Positions 1 through 9,421 of a stretch of DNA of 64,000 bases are shown here, in pieces. The notes under the pieces were generated by a model. The model saw only the letters and a program-made list of their open reading frames with translations. It searched no databases and was not told the origin of the DNA. This DNA is from Bacteriovoracaceae bacterium (GTDB taxonomy: Bacteria; Bdellovibrionota; Bacteriovoracia; Bacteriovoracales; Bacteriovoracaceae). The position numbers and the translations under genes are program-made. The stretch covers positions 1-64,000 of the forward strand of contig JABIHA010000113.1 in the NCBI GenBank assembly GCA_018649885.1, given 5' to 3'. Positions within the stretch are counted from its first letter, which is position 1. Each line of letters opens with the position of its first letter.

Positions 1-169
1 ACCCGCTTCACCCTCGTATTCCTCGGCTTCAGTAGTTCACGGTCCCTTGTGATCATCTATCACAAAAACTGTGATATTACCTTATTGCCAAATTGCTGAA
101 TACTAAGTGGATGATTTTTCATCCTGGGCCTCATGTACCTTGCGCAAGTAGCCCCGATAGGGATCTAGT

Positions 170-1122
170 TAGGGCGTGTTGAGCGTTTTTTAGAATTTCT
201 TGAACCTGGAATGAAAAATATTCACGCAATTATTCTTCCAATTTTTTTACAGAATTTATCACGGTAAAATCACATACAATATATTAAATATTAAAAACAA
301 GGTATTGAGCTCAGGTGATACTTAAAAACCTCACTCTTATGGAAGTGGGCTACTTGCACTAAATTACAAAGATCGCCGAATATATTTCATGGCCTGAAAA
401 AAAATTATTTTGAGATATTTACAATGCCAGATAATTTAAAATTTGGTAACAATATTTCGAAGACCGTGAAATATTGCGTCGCCTACCCGGGCGAGAGAGT
501 CGGCAAGAATGGATTGAATAAAGTAATTTTTCTAAATTGACAAATTCAATTTTCCAAGGAGGATAATTATGAAAAAGGTTTTAGCCTTATTTTCTTTTGG
601 CATTATTTTTACCATTGGTTTGGTTCATGCCTCGGATGAAACTTCTATTGGTAATACGACTCTCTATGATGCAGTAACAGAACATGACCTCCAGATGGTT
701 TCTCTGCTCTTCATATAGCTTGTAAGAATGGTGATTTGCCTATTGTTAGCTATTTAACAATTGAATTTGAAGGAATAGACGTTAGCTTGATAAGTGATGA
801 AGGAAAAACTGCTCCTGAATACTTAGCAATATACCTTGATCAAAATCCCAGCCTGCCAAGAGAAAAGAAAGAGCTCGTGCTATCTTTAATGCGCATTCAA
901 ACATCAAAAGTAGCATTTGAACCATCTAAGACAAGAAATATTACGGCAATTAAGATCATTTTGCTTGGTATAAGAGCCAACTTAACTGATCCCTACGATG
1001 AAGCGGAAATTCAAGAAATGCTTGAGCTTGAAAATGATTTCCAAAATTACTATGGGGTTGGTAATTGATGAAAAATACTAGCTCCGCTATCCCTACCCTC
1101 AAAAACGCTTAAATCGGCCCTA
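170..1122. mobile_element. Putative non-autonomous IS-derived element (imperfect TIRs, TA flanks) carrying an ankyrin gene
   Basis: Left end TA-GGGCGTGTTGAGCGTTTTT (170-190); right end reverse-complements to TA-GGGCCGATTTAAGCGTTTTT (1101-1122). No transposase inside. Confidence 0.4.
569..1068 (+). pseudogene. Frameshifted secreted ankyrin-repeat protein
   Basis: AAGGAGG RBS, ATG 569, signal peptide MKKVLALFSFGIIFTIGLVHA, ankyrin-like GNTTLYDAVTEHDLQMVSLL, stop at 718. Another frame continues DGFSALHIACKNGDLPIVSYL...DEGKTA to 1068. Confidence 0.7.
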
Positions 1123-1226
1123 AATCACCCGCGAAATTAACAAGAAAATCTCTATGCTCAATAACTCTCATTATGTAGCATCAGCAGACTTAAATATTTT
1201 TACAGGAATTTCATTTTCTAAAATGC

Positions 1227-2078
1227 TTAAAAATCTTTAGGCAGCGGTGAAGAAATTTCTATCGATTTCCCGCCAAGTTTTATTTGATAGTTATAAGAAT
1301 GAAGATATAGGCGATCAGAAACTAATCCTCCGTATAAAACATCACCTATAATCGGAAATCCAAGTTCGCTCATTACAACTCGAATTTGATGTCTATATCC
1401 ACTTTTAATGGTAATCTTCACAATTGAGAAGTCGTTAACACTATTGCAATCAACATCTAAAATGGTAGTAAATGTATTAGGTGCCTCAGTTTCGACACAC
1501 ACAACCTTTTTTTTTCCTGGGCCAAAGGGTCGTAAATGAAATGAGTAATCCCCCTTGATATGGGAGGCATCTCCGGAGACTTTTGCATAATAGATTTTGC
1601 GGGTAATTATCCCTTCAAAATTTTCTCTTATTTCTTTCAATAGCTCCCCGCACTTTGAATAAAGAACAACACCACTTGTTTCAAAGTCTATACGATTGAT
1701 AAGACCTCGATCATAGGAATTCACATTTACATCCAGATATTTAAATGAATTCTGCCTTAGCCAACTAAGTAAATTACCTTGATCACTATAACAAAGAGGA
1801 TGGCAATGAATGCCAGCAGGTTTATCAATGCCAACGACAAAGTCATTTTCAAATAAGATTTTTGGAAGAGGGCCTGAGTAGATAGGAGAAATAAGGCCAT
1901 TATTGATGATATCTAAGCTTATCGAGGTCAACTGCCTACTCGAAATTTTTGCTTCAAGCAGCTTCTTATTTGTGATGTGCTTTTTTATTTGATTACTACT
2001 TAAACCAAGATCTTTCAGAGCACTAAAAAAAGTCTCATAACTTTTCAGAAAACAAAGATCTATTTTAGGGGTTTCCAT
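1227..2078 (-). CDS. RluA-family pseudouridine synthase
   Basis: DKPAG, NRIDFETSG (catalytic Asp motif), GYRHQIR, PIIGDVLYG, LYLHS motifs. Confidence 0.9.
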   Translation of the reverse strand: METPKIDLCFLKSYETFFSALKDLGLSSNQIKKHITNKKLLEAKISSRQLTSISLDIINNGLISPIYSGPLPKILFENDFVVGIDKPAGIHCHPLCYSDQGNLLSWLRQNSFKYLDVNVNSYDRGLINRIDFETSGVVLYSKCGELLKEIRENFEGIITRKIYYAKVSGDASHIKGDYSFHLRPFGPGKKKVVCVETEAPNTFTTILDVDCNSVNDFSIVKITIKSGYRHQIRVVMSELGFPIIGDVLYGGLVSDRLYLHSYNYQIKLGGKSIEISSPLPKDF

Positions 2079-2941
2079 TACTGAGTGTTGACCTTATGGC
2101 CTTTAGATCTCAAATCTCTTTTTCTCAAGATAAACTCGACTCTTCTGTTGAGCTTTTGTGGAGATTTGGAATGGTCTAGATATTCATTGTCAGGACGTGA
2201 GTCACCATAAAAGACAGCTGTGACTTTCTCAGGCCTCACTCCACTTTTTATTAAAAACTTTGTGACTTCTTGAGCTCGTATGGAAGATAGGTAGTATGCA
2301 TCTTTCTTTGTTCCATCTTTTAAAGTAATAGTTTCACCAAGGCTAGCATGACCTTGAACAAAAATAGTCCAGTCCTGTTTAGACATCATTTTGATTAGCC
2401 TATCAAAAACCTCTCTGGTGTAATCGGCAATCCTCACTGAGCCTTCTTCAAATAATATTTTATCTTTTATATTAACTTTTATTCCCTCAGGCATTTCCTG
2501 AATTTCGCTAGAACTTGATAGGCCGTAAGAATAGAGATCACTTTTCATTGAGGCCAAATCTTCATCAGAGCTTCTATTGACTTGGTGCTTATCAAGTAGT
2601 CCTTCCATTGTCAGAAATTCAATAGGAAATGGACGAATAGGTTGTTGTGACTCTAGCATTGTAGGGGAATCATCAGATGACTTACCCAGTTGGATCACTT
2701 CACCTTTAACTAGTACATTTCCACCAAAGGCATTTCTAATAGACCCCATAGCGGCTTCATATTTTGCTGTTTCTGTTTTTGCCATTGAAAGAAGTAAAAC
2801 GAAGAATGTAAGAAGAAGAGTCACCAAATCGGAGAATGTGGCCATCCATGTCGGAGCACCGGCAACGCATTCTTCGCAGGCTGGGCACTTTGCAGGCTCT
2901 TCTGGCCCACCACCCTCTGCAGCTTTTTCTTCTTCGGCCAC
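2078..2941 (-). CDS. motB: Flagellar stator MotB/PomB (OmpA-like peptidoglycan-binding C-terminus)
   Basis: WMATFSDLVTLLLTFFVLL TM helix with conserved Asp; LSSIRA and NRRVEF OmpA-like motifs; follows motA. Confidence 0.92.
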   Translation of the reverse strand: MAEEEKAAEGGGPEEPAKCPACEECVAGAPTWMATFSDLVTLLLTFFVLLLSMAKTETAKYEAAMGSIRNAFGGNVLVKGEVIQLGKSSDDSPTMLESQQPIRPFPIEFLTMEGLLDKHQVNRSSDEDLASMKSDLYSYGLSSSSEIQEMPEGIKVNIKDKILFEEGSVRIADYTREVFDRLIKMMSKQDWTIFVQGHASLGETITLKDGTKKDAYYLSSIRAQEVTKFLIKSGVRPEKVTAVFYGDSRPDNEYLDHSKSPQKLNRRVEFILRKRDLRSKGHKVNTQ

Positions 2942-2955
2942 CCCCTACCTCCTAT

Positions 2956-3726
2956 TTATTCCCCTCCGCCATCATCGGCAACTTGCCTTAGCGAAGGAGG
3001 TAGAAAAGAATCGAGCTTCTCTCTGATAACTCTGGGGTTTTCACCAGCAACGATTCCTAATGTTCCAGCAATAATTATATTCATTTTTAACATTTCAATA
3101 CCCGATCTAAAGGCAATTTTATTTGAAAATGGAATAGCAAATGCGTTGGCAATACAAGAACCGTAAAAGGTCGTAAGAAGTGCAACAGCCATGGCCGGAC
3201 CAATTGAAGATGGATCGGAGAGGTTTTGAAGCATGATCACAAGACCAATCAGTGTCCCAATCATACCGTAAGCTGGTCCATCGGCACCAATACCATCAAG
3301 CACCGCAATTCCTTCCTTATGCCTTTGCTCCATTGCATCTATCTCTAATTGCAATATCGCCTGAATAATCTCAGGTGGTCTATTATCAGCCGCAAGAGTC
3401 ATTGCTTTCTTTAAAAAGGGATCTGCCACTGGAACTTTTTCGAGTGCAAACACCGACTCTCTTCTCGCCGTTTCAGCAAGCTTTTGAACTTCTTCGATAA
3501 TTTCCTTAGGATCAGAGGGCTGAAAAAAAATGGCCTTCGAAATATAACTGCCCAACCTCTTAACTGTTTCAATGGGCCACTTTATAAAAGTACCCGCAAG
3601 AACACCTCCACAAACCACAAATATGGAAGGAACATCTATAAACCAGCCAAACTCACCACCAGTGAGAATTGCACCACCAACTGCAGCCACAACTAGCACT
3701 AGCCCAATAATTGTTGCAATATCCAT
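2956..3726 (-). CDS. motA: Flagellar stator MotA/PomA
   Basis: PAYGMIGTLIGL, IGPAMAVALLTTFYG and GENPR motifs. Confidence 0.95.
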   Translation of the reverse strand: MDIATIIGLVLVVAAVGGAILTGGEFGWFIDVPSIFVVCGGVLAGTFIKWPIETVKRLGSYISKAIFFQPSDPKEIIEEVQKLAETARRESVFALEKVPVADPFLKKAMTLAADNRPPEIIQAILQLEIDAMEQRHKEGIAVLDGIGADGPAYGMIGTLIGLVIMLQNLSDPSSIGPAMAVALLTTFYGSCIANAFAIPFSNKIAFRSGIEMLKMNIIIAGTLGIVAGENPRVIREKLDSFLPPSLRQVADDGGGE

Positions 3727-3768
3727 CCGCGTTTCCTTGCTGTTTTAAAACAAATGTTCTTTTGTATT

Positions 3769-3795
3769 TCTTCGGAAGGCGCTGAAATCTCTTTA
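3769..3795 (-). promoter_or_regulatory. Sigma28 (FliA)-like promoter of motAB
   Basis: Minus strand TAAA-N15-TCCGAAGA vs consensus TAAA-N15-GCCGATAA, ~40 nt upstream of motA. Confidence 0.6.
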
Positions 3796-4091
3796 AAAAA
3801 TCATTAAGGAAATAAGGAAAAAAACAATTTTTTCCTTAACAACGGACAAAGCCGATCGGATAATTATCTGAGGGATTTGGTTTGAAAAACCAAAATAGAA
3901 ACCAGCAACCTATTTAATTAGATTCCAGTTTTTAAATTAAATAGTGTTTAGTTCACTGCCCATGAACAAATTGTCTTAAAAACCGAGTCGATGGAGATGC
4001 CAATGTAACTCCCTCGCCAGGGACCTTCACGGACATCTTCCAAATCCTCACTTTAGGCACTACTACAAACTTGTGGGAATAACTCTGCTAA

Positions 4092-4319
4092 TTATTCCTC
4101 TACCCAAGCTTGATTGAGGTAGTTAACCATGGCTTCACGCAAATCTTGCATCTCTAGCTCCCCACTCTCATCTACTTTTCCTTCTAAAAGAAGCTCCTCT
4201 TTAATAAGTTCTTTGGGAAATCCAACTAACTCAGAAAAAGAGGTCAAGTTGATAAGAGAGGGCTTTGTGTGCTGTACTTGCAAGTTTTGCGGACAATCCT
4301 TTGTATCCAAAGCTCGCAT
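4092..4319 (-). CDS. Small hypothetical protein
   Basis: ATG at 4319 preceded by GAAGGAG; protein-like composition (ELVGFPKELIKEEL...LREAMVNYL). Confidence 0.6.
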   Translation of the reverse strand: MRALDTKDCPQNLQVQHTKPSLINLTSFSELVGFPKELIKEELLLEGKVDESGELEMQDLREAMVNYLNQAWVEE

Positions 4320-4462
4320 GCTTTCTGCTCTCCTTCGACCGATGACCACATTCCTTGGTCATTACGCACAAAATCGTATCAAGAAGCCATTTTCGGTGTC
4401 AAATGCAAGGCAGCACCTGAGGGCATAAGTAAGATTTTATTAGAGATGGGGATAACTTTAGC

Positions 4463-5758
4463 CTATTTTGGGGAAAATTCGCTCTTAACTGTGAACAGTT
4501 TTGCACCATTTTGGTGACTTTTTTCTCCGAAAAAGCTCTTGAGCTTCAATTGCATCTCTGCATATTCACTACCACACTCTGACAGAAGTGTAATACCCCC
4601 TCCTGCCCCGTACACAAGTTCATTTGTTTTCATATCAACAACTGCTGTTCGAATGTTAATAGAGCCCATAGAGATCTTTTCATCGCTTATGAAAGTAGTG
4701 CCACAATAAAATGAACGAGCTACCAACTCAACATCATGGATTATCTCCATCACTCTCTTCTTCGGTGCACCTGTTATGGATCCACCTGGGAACATAGCTT
4801 GTAAAAGCATGTATAAGTCGACCTTATTTTCAACTTCAAGATTAATTAGTGAATACTGATGCAAAATATTAGGAACCACCAGTGGCGCGCGCCGCTTAAC
4901 GACATTTGAATATGCACGAGTAATCTTAGAGAGATCATTTCTCACAAGATCAGTAATAATATCCAGCTCCCCTCTATCTTTTTTGGAGGCCACAAGCTCT
5001 TCCCACACCGAGCTAAGCTTATCGCTACCATCATTAAAGGGAATACTTCCTTTGATGGGCATACTGTAAATACGAGCTTTTCCACCCCTTTGTTGCCTAT
5101 GGGTAAACAAGCACTCCGGACTGTTACTTATGAGTAAGAAGTTGGCATCTTTAATATAAGTAGCATGGGCAAACTTCCCAAGAGATGAGCTCTCCTTCCA
5201 AAAATGATTCAAAATATCCCATGGACCCGTGGCATTTCCGAGAGTTGTTATATAAGGAAAAGTTAGATTTACTTGGTAACAATCTCCCTTAAGTAGATGC
5301 TGAAATATTTTATCGAAGCTTTTTTTGTACCTTCCGTAATCAACACCTTTTATATCCCCTACACTGATCTCTTTTGACTGATAACCACGCCACTGACTTT
5401 CTGAAATTAACCTTGAGTCCGCGTATTCTATCTCTACAAAGAGCAATTGATCGTCTGAAATCAAATTCTGTAAATCTAAAAAAAGATGGCCCAACTCAAA
5501 ACAAAAATGAAAAACCCTCTTCTGCTTAGAGGTATTTTCAAGTGGAATACTTCCAAGGTACTCAGTTAGAGCATCTAAATTTCTGTAGCTTGTTTTCTTT
5601 TGAATATTGTCGAACTCGTGGTTTTTGTAATGAAATACAATTTTTGAAGAGTTGCTCAGGAGCTGGTACTGACCCTTGTCAGCACCCCACGTAATAGGAA
5701 AAATGGTCCAGTTATTGATATGATCCAGCACTCTCACCATCTTTGGCATTTGAGTCAT
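4463..5758 (-). CDS. Chorismate-binding enzyme, PabB/TrpE component I family (start uncertain)
   Basis: GDCYQVNL, SPECL, PIKGS, DLVRNDL, FPGGSITGAPK, INIRT, GAGGGI motifs. Confidence 0.85.
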   Translation of the reverse strand: MTQMPKMVRVLDHINNWTIFPITWGADKGQYQLLSNSSKIVFHYKNHEFDNIQKKTSYRNLDALTEYLGSIPLENTSKQKRVFHFCFELGHLFLDLQNLISDDQLLFVEIEYADSRLISESQWRGYQSKEISVGDIKGVDYGRYKKSFDKIFQHLLKGDCYQVNLTFPYITTLGNATGPWDILNHFWKESSSLGKFAHATYIKDANFLLISNSPECLFTHRQQRGGKARIYSMPIKGSIPFNDGSDKLSSVWEELVASKKDRGELDIITDLVRNDLSKITRAYSNVVKRRAPLVVPNILHQYSLINLEVENKVDLYMLLQAMFPGGSITGAPKKRVMEIIHDVELVARSFYCGTTFISDEKISMGSINIRTAVVDMKTNELVYGAGGGITLLSECGSEYAEMQLKLKSFFGEKSHQNGAKLFTVKSEFSPK

Positions 5759-7064
5759 AAGCTAAATTATCAAAACGAGTAAATGCACCAGTAAAACTCA
5801 ACTTGGCAGTCCCTGCTTCACCAGAACGGTTTTTACCTATAATGACTTCAGCCACTCCCTTCTCTTTTGTGTCTGGGTTATAAAATTCATCTCTATAAAT
5901 AAGCATTACAATATCCGCATCTTGCTCAATTGATCCCGATTCCCTTAAGTCAGAAACCATCGGTCTCTTATTAGGTCTTGATTCAACCCCCCTATTAAGC
6001 TGGGATAGGGCAAGAACTGGACATTCAAGTTCCTTAGCAAGGGATTTTAATCCCCTAGATATTTCTGAAATTTGTTGTTCCCTTGGAACATTACTACCAG
6101 GTTTCATCAATTGGATGTAGTCCACAACTACTAATCCTAAACCTTGCTCGGCCTTAATTTTACGACACGAACTTTTAATATCAAAAATGCTGGTGTCACC
6201 AGAATCGTTTATAAAAAGAGGAAGTGGTTGTAGGTTTTTAACTGCCTCAGCAATTTTTCTAAGATCGGTATCTAAAAAATTCTTTGATCTGAGTCTTGAA
6301 GAATCGACTCTAGCTTCAGCCTGCAAAATCCTTCCACTAAGTTCAGGGGCAAGCATTTCCAGAGAATAAATAGCTGCAGGCAAGCCCGATTGTTTTATGG
6401 TGTTGATTGCGATGTTAAGGGCCAGGGCGGTTTTCCCCATGGCGGGCCTTGCGGCCAAAATTATCAATTGCCCAGGCTGCATGCCCAACAATTTTTTATC
6501 TAGCTCATGGTAGCCAGTAGGAAGTCCTGAGATTTCGCCTGGTTTTCTTGAGGTATCTTCAAGGTCTCTTAAATTTGTTTTGAGACAAGCACTGAGCTTG
6601 TACATATTGCCGGACCTGGCCTCACTAGTCAGTTGAAAGAATTTTGACTCCACATCAGAGAGAAAATCTTGAATATTGCCAGTATGGCTTCCGCCGGTCT
6701 CGGCCACTCTCTGTGAGAGTCTAATAATTTTTCTAAGAGAAGACTTTTCTGAAACAATTTTTGCATAATAATAGACGTTGGCAGCTGAGGCCTGGTCTTC
6801 AACAAGACCCACAATAGCGGAAGTACCACCAAGCATTTCAAGCTTATTTTTGGCCGATAATTTTGAACAAAGAGTTACATGGTCGACCGGCTCGCCATTT
6901 TGATATAACTCTTCGATATTTTCGAAAATAATTCCGTTTTGAGTACTGTAGAAATCTTCTTTTGTTAATTTTAAATCGATAACTTCATCGAAGGCAGCGC
7001 TATCAATAATCAGGCAACCTAAAAGGGATTTTTCTGCAAGCAAGTCATGTGGCAATTCTTTCAT
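5712..7064 (-). CDS. dnaB: Replicative DNA helicase
   Basis: PHDLLAE N-terminus, ARPAMGKT Walker A, VVDYIQL, LSQLNR, DLRESGSIEQDAD. Confidence 0.98.
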   Translation of the reverse strand: MKELPHDLLAEKSLLGCLIIDSAAFDEVIDLKLTKEDFYSTQNGIIFENIEELYQNGEPVDHVTLCSKLSAKNKLEMLGGTSAIVGLVEDQASAANVYYYAKIVSEKSSLRKIIRLSQRVAETGGSHTGNIQDFLSDVESKFFQLTSEARSGNMYKLSACLKTNLRDLEDTSRKPGEISGLPTGYHELDKKLLGMQPGQLIILAARPAMGKTALALNIAINTIKQSGLPAAIYSLEMLAPELSGRILQAEARVDSSRLRSKNFLDTDLRKIAEAVKNLQPLPLFINDSGDTSIFDIKSSCRKIKAEQGLGLVVVDYIQLMKPGSNVPREQQISEISRGLKSLAKELECPVLALSQLNRGVESRPNKRPMVSDLRESGSIEQDADIVMLIYRDEFYNPDTKEKGVAEVIIGKNRSGEAGTAKLSFTGAFTRFDNLAYDSNAKDGESAGSYQ

Positions 7065-7087
7065 TGATTCTTACCCCCCCCCACGAG

Positions 7088-7113
7088 AAAAGTCCCCCCA
7101 TCTCTGGGGGGAC
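7088..7113 (-). terminator. Rho-independent terminator-like hairpin between rplI and dnaB
   Basis: Minus strand GTCCCCCCA-GAGA-TGGGGGGAC followed by TTTT. Confidence 0.65.
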
Positions 7114-7133
7114 ATATAAAAAAACAATTTAAG

Positions 7134-7727
7134 CTATGCTTCTTCTTCAGTAGTTTGCTCTTCAGCAGTTGCTTCAGTAGCCTCACCTTCTTCAGTGGTC
7201 TCACCTGCTTCAACTTGAGCTTCTTTTTTGGCCTTACGTTTCATAGCAAGCTCTTCTTTCTTTCTGATTTCTTCAGCTTGATTTTGATCCATGACAACTT
7301 TGACCTTAAACTCACCTTCAACACCAGGAAAGAGCTTGGCCTTTACTGCAAAACTTCCAAGTGACTTAATGGGAGTCTCAACGATAAGAACACGTCTTTC
7401 AACATCGATTCCCTTTTCAGCTAAAACCTTTGAAAGTTCTGTATTTGTAATTGTTCCAAATAGTTTCCCATTTGATCCAACTCTTTTAGAAAATTCAAGT
7501 GTTAAAGATGAAAGTTCTTTTGCTACAGCAGTTGCAGCGTCTCTTTCAGCATTTACTTTCTTAGAGATTCTTCTTTGTTGATTTGCGAGTACCTTTGTAT
7601 TGGACTCATCTGCCAAAACACCCAATCTCTGAGGGATGATATAATTTCTTGCATATCCAGGAGATACATTTACGATCTCCCCAACATTTCCAAGAGTTTT
7701 GACTTTTTCAGTTAAAATAACTCTCAT
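7134..7727 (-). CDS. rplI: 50S ribosomal protein L9 with charged C-terminal extension
   Basis: MRVIL...LGNVGEIVNVSPGYARNY, KLFGTI, PIKSLG; rpsF-rpsR-rplI-dnaB synteny. Confidence 0.97.
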   Translation of the reverse strand: MRVILTEKVKTLGNVGEIVNVSPGYARNYIIPQRLGVLADESNTKVLANQQRRISKKVNAERDAATAVAKELSSLTLEFSKRVGSNGKLFGTITNTELSKVLAEKGIDVERRVLIVETPIKSLGSFAVKAKLFPGVEGEFKVKVVMDQNQAEEIRKKEELAMKRKAKKEAQVEAGETTEEGEATEATAEEQTTEEEA

Positions 7728-7745
7728 AATTTACTCCTATATAAC

Positions 7746-8783
7746 TTAATTACTGTTACCTTTTTTTGTTTTAAAAAATTTCTTAAAATCTACCCACATA
7801 TCAAATAAACCAACTAATGCAACAACCCACGATCCTGTAATAACTGTAAACAGGATCAAAAGCATTCTTAAAAATCCACTAATTTTTAGAAAATCTAAAA
7901 AATCAATGTAGATTCCCATACCTTGGAAGAAGTAGAATAACCCTAAGCACTTGAGCAAACTTTGGCCCCAAGCGGTTGCATCTTTCGTCCCGCCAACAAT
8001 TTCTGGACTGGGAGTGAAATAGTCTCCGAAAAGTGTAAATACAAGTGCGACAATAACAAATATAATGAAATACTCTGGCACTTTAAAATTTAAAAGTTCT
8101 CGGTCTGAATAGAGGTAGCTCTTATCAATGAAAAAAGTTCTCTGACTTCTAAGAATCAAATAAAGATTAACCCAAATCCAAAAGAAAATTCCCATTAAAA
8201 TGCTCGCTGGTAATGCTTGCAATATGAGTTCCGTCAAGACATCAGGAGTTTCGAGTAGATCGAGAAATTTTAAATTTTCCTCACTACCATTGGTTATCGC
8301 CTGGTTTCTAGTCTCTAATAGTTTCTTAGATTGAAGTTCAACCTGAATTTTTAGCTGCTCTTTAAAGTCACCATCACTTGAAATAATTGCGCCCACTGAA
8401 AGAAGAGAAAATAGTACAGTTATCACTCCACCTAATTTCATCATTCCTTTAATTGGGGAAATCCCTCTTTTAATAATTTCTGAAATTCCAACTCCTACCA
8501 TTGCTGCAAATAAGTAGGTAAAGGGAATAAAAGGGCTTGCAAGAACTTTAAAGCCAATGATTGTACTAGCGAATAACCCAACGACACTCAGTGTGATCCC
8601 CTTATTCCTTCCGTACATAATGAAGGATAAAGCGATGGGAAATGAAGCAAACACAGACATAAACATGGTGGCATTTAAAAAGATGGAGAACACTCCTAGA
8701 AAAATAAAACGTGAAAAGCTCTGGTCTCCATTTTGAGTCCCGCTCCAGTCTTTTATTTCATTTGGTTCGATGTGATCTCTCAT
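7746..8783 (-). CDS. DUF2232/YybS-like membrane protein
   Basis: Multi-TM; YFFQG and VGLFDMWVDFKK C-terminal motifs; typical position between rpsR and rplI. Confidence 0.8.
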   Translation of the reverse strand: MRDHIEPNEIKDWSGTQNGDQSFSRFIFLGVFSIFLNATMFMSVFASFPIALSFIMYGRNKGITLSVVGLFASTIIGFKVLASPFIPFTYLFAAMVGVGISEIIKRGISPIKGMMKLGGVITVLFSLLSVGAIISSDGDFKEQLKIQVELQSKKLLETRNQAITNGSEENLKFLDLLETPDVLTELILQALPASILMGIFFWIWVNLYLILRSQRTFFIDKSYLYSDRELLNFKVPEYFIIFVIVALVFTLFGDYFTPSPEIVGGTKDATAWGQSLLKCLGLFYFFQGMGIYIDFLDFLKISGFLRMLLILFTVITGSWVVALVGLFDMWVDFKKFFKTKKGNSN

Positions 8784-8815
8784 AATCTTTAAGTCAAATT
8801 CCTTGTTTCGTTACA

Positions 8816-9421
8816 TTAGGCAGTTGGGTTATTTGTCATATATCCCATCATACCAATATTTCTTGCTCTCTTAATTTCAGTCGTTGCCTTTCTTTGATAC
8901 TTTGAAGACAGGCCTGTAATTCTTTTTGGAGAAATTTTTCCAAATTCGTTGATTAGCCATCTGTAAGTAGTTTGGTACTTCCAATCTGGCTCAACTTTAT
9001 TGGCCTTAAACCAACAAGTTTTTCTTCTAGCAAATCTTTTACGATCTTTTTCAACATCGCGATCAGACCTTCCTTCAGCATCAACTTGTCCAGTAAATGG
9101 ATTCTTGTAATCTTTGAGCATTTTTTCTGCTGAGATTTCTTTTTTAATGATGAGAGAGTTTAGACAGTCTTCATTGATTTTAAATCGCCTTTCGAGCTCT
9201 TTAATAACCTTTCCATCTTCACAAGAATAGATAAAGTAGACATAGCGTCCCCGCCTATTGCCTCTTTTGTTGGGTTGAGAAAAAATTCGTGCTCCCCAAT
9301 CGTCAGTGAGCAGGATTTCTCCTCCAAATTCTTTAATGACTTCACTGACTAGGCCTTTAAAAGCCTCAAATGCAGTTTCATCAATTTCGGCACGCAAAAC
9401 GATAGCCGCTTCATAAACCAT
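8816..9421 (-). CDS. rpsF-rpsR: Fused 30S ribosomal proteins S6-S18
   Basis: N-half S6 (YEAAIVL, DDWG, GRYVY, ELERRFKINE); C-half S18 (RRKTCWF, DWK, GKISPKRITG, YQRKATTEIKRARNIG); single ORF. Confidence 0.92.
   Translation of the reverse strand: MVYEAAIVLRAEIDETAFEAFKGLVSEVIKEFGGEILLTDDWGARIFSQPNKRGNRRGRYVYFIYSCEDGKVIKELERRFKINEDCLNSLIIKKEISAEKMLKDYKNPFTGQVDAEGRSDRDVEKDRKRFARRKTCWFKANKVEPDWKYQTTYRWLINEFGKISPKRITGLSSKYQRKATTEIKRARNIGMMGYMTNNPTA

Noticed and set aside
1..168. Possible gene or element end at the window start
   Set aside because: Too little context; no recognisable ORF or RNA.
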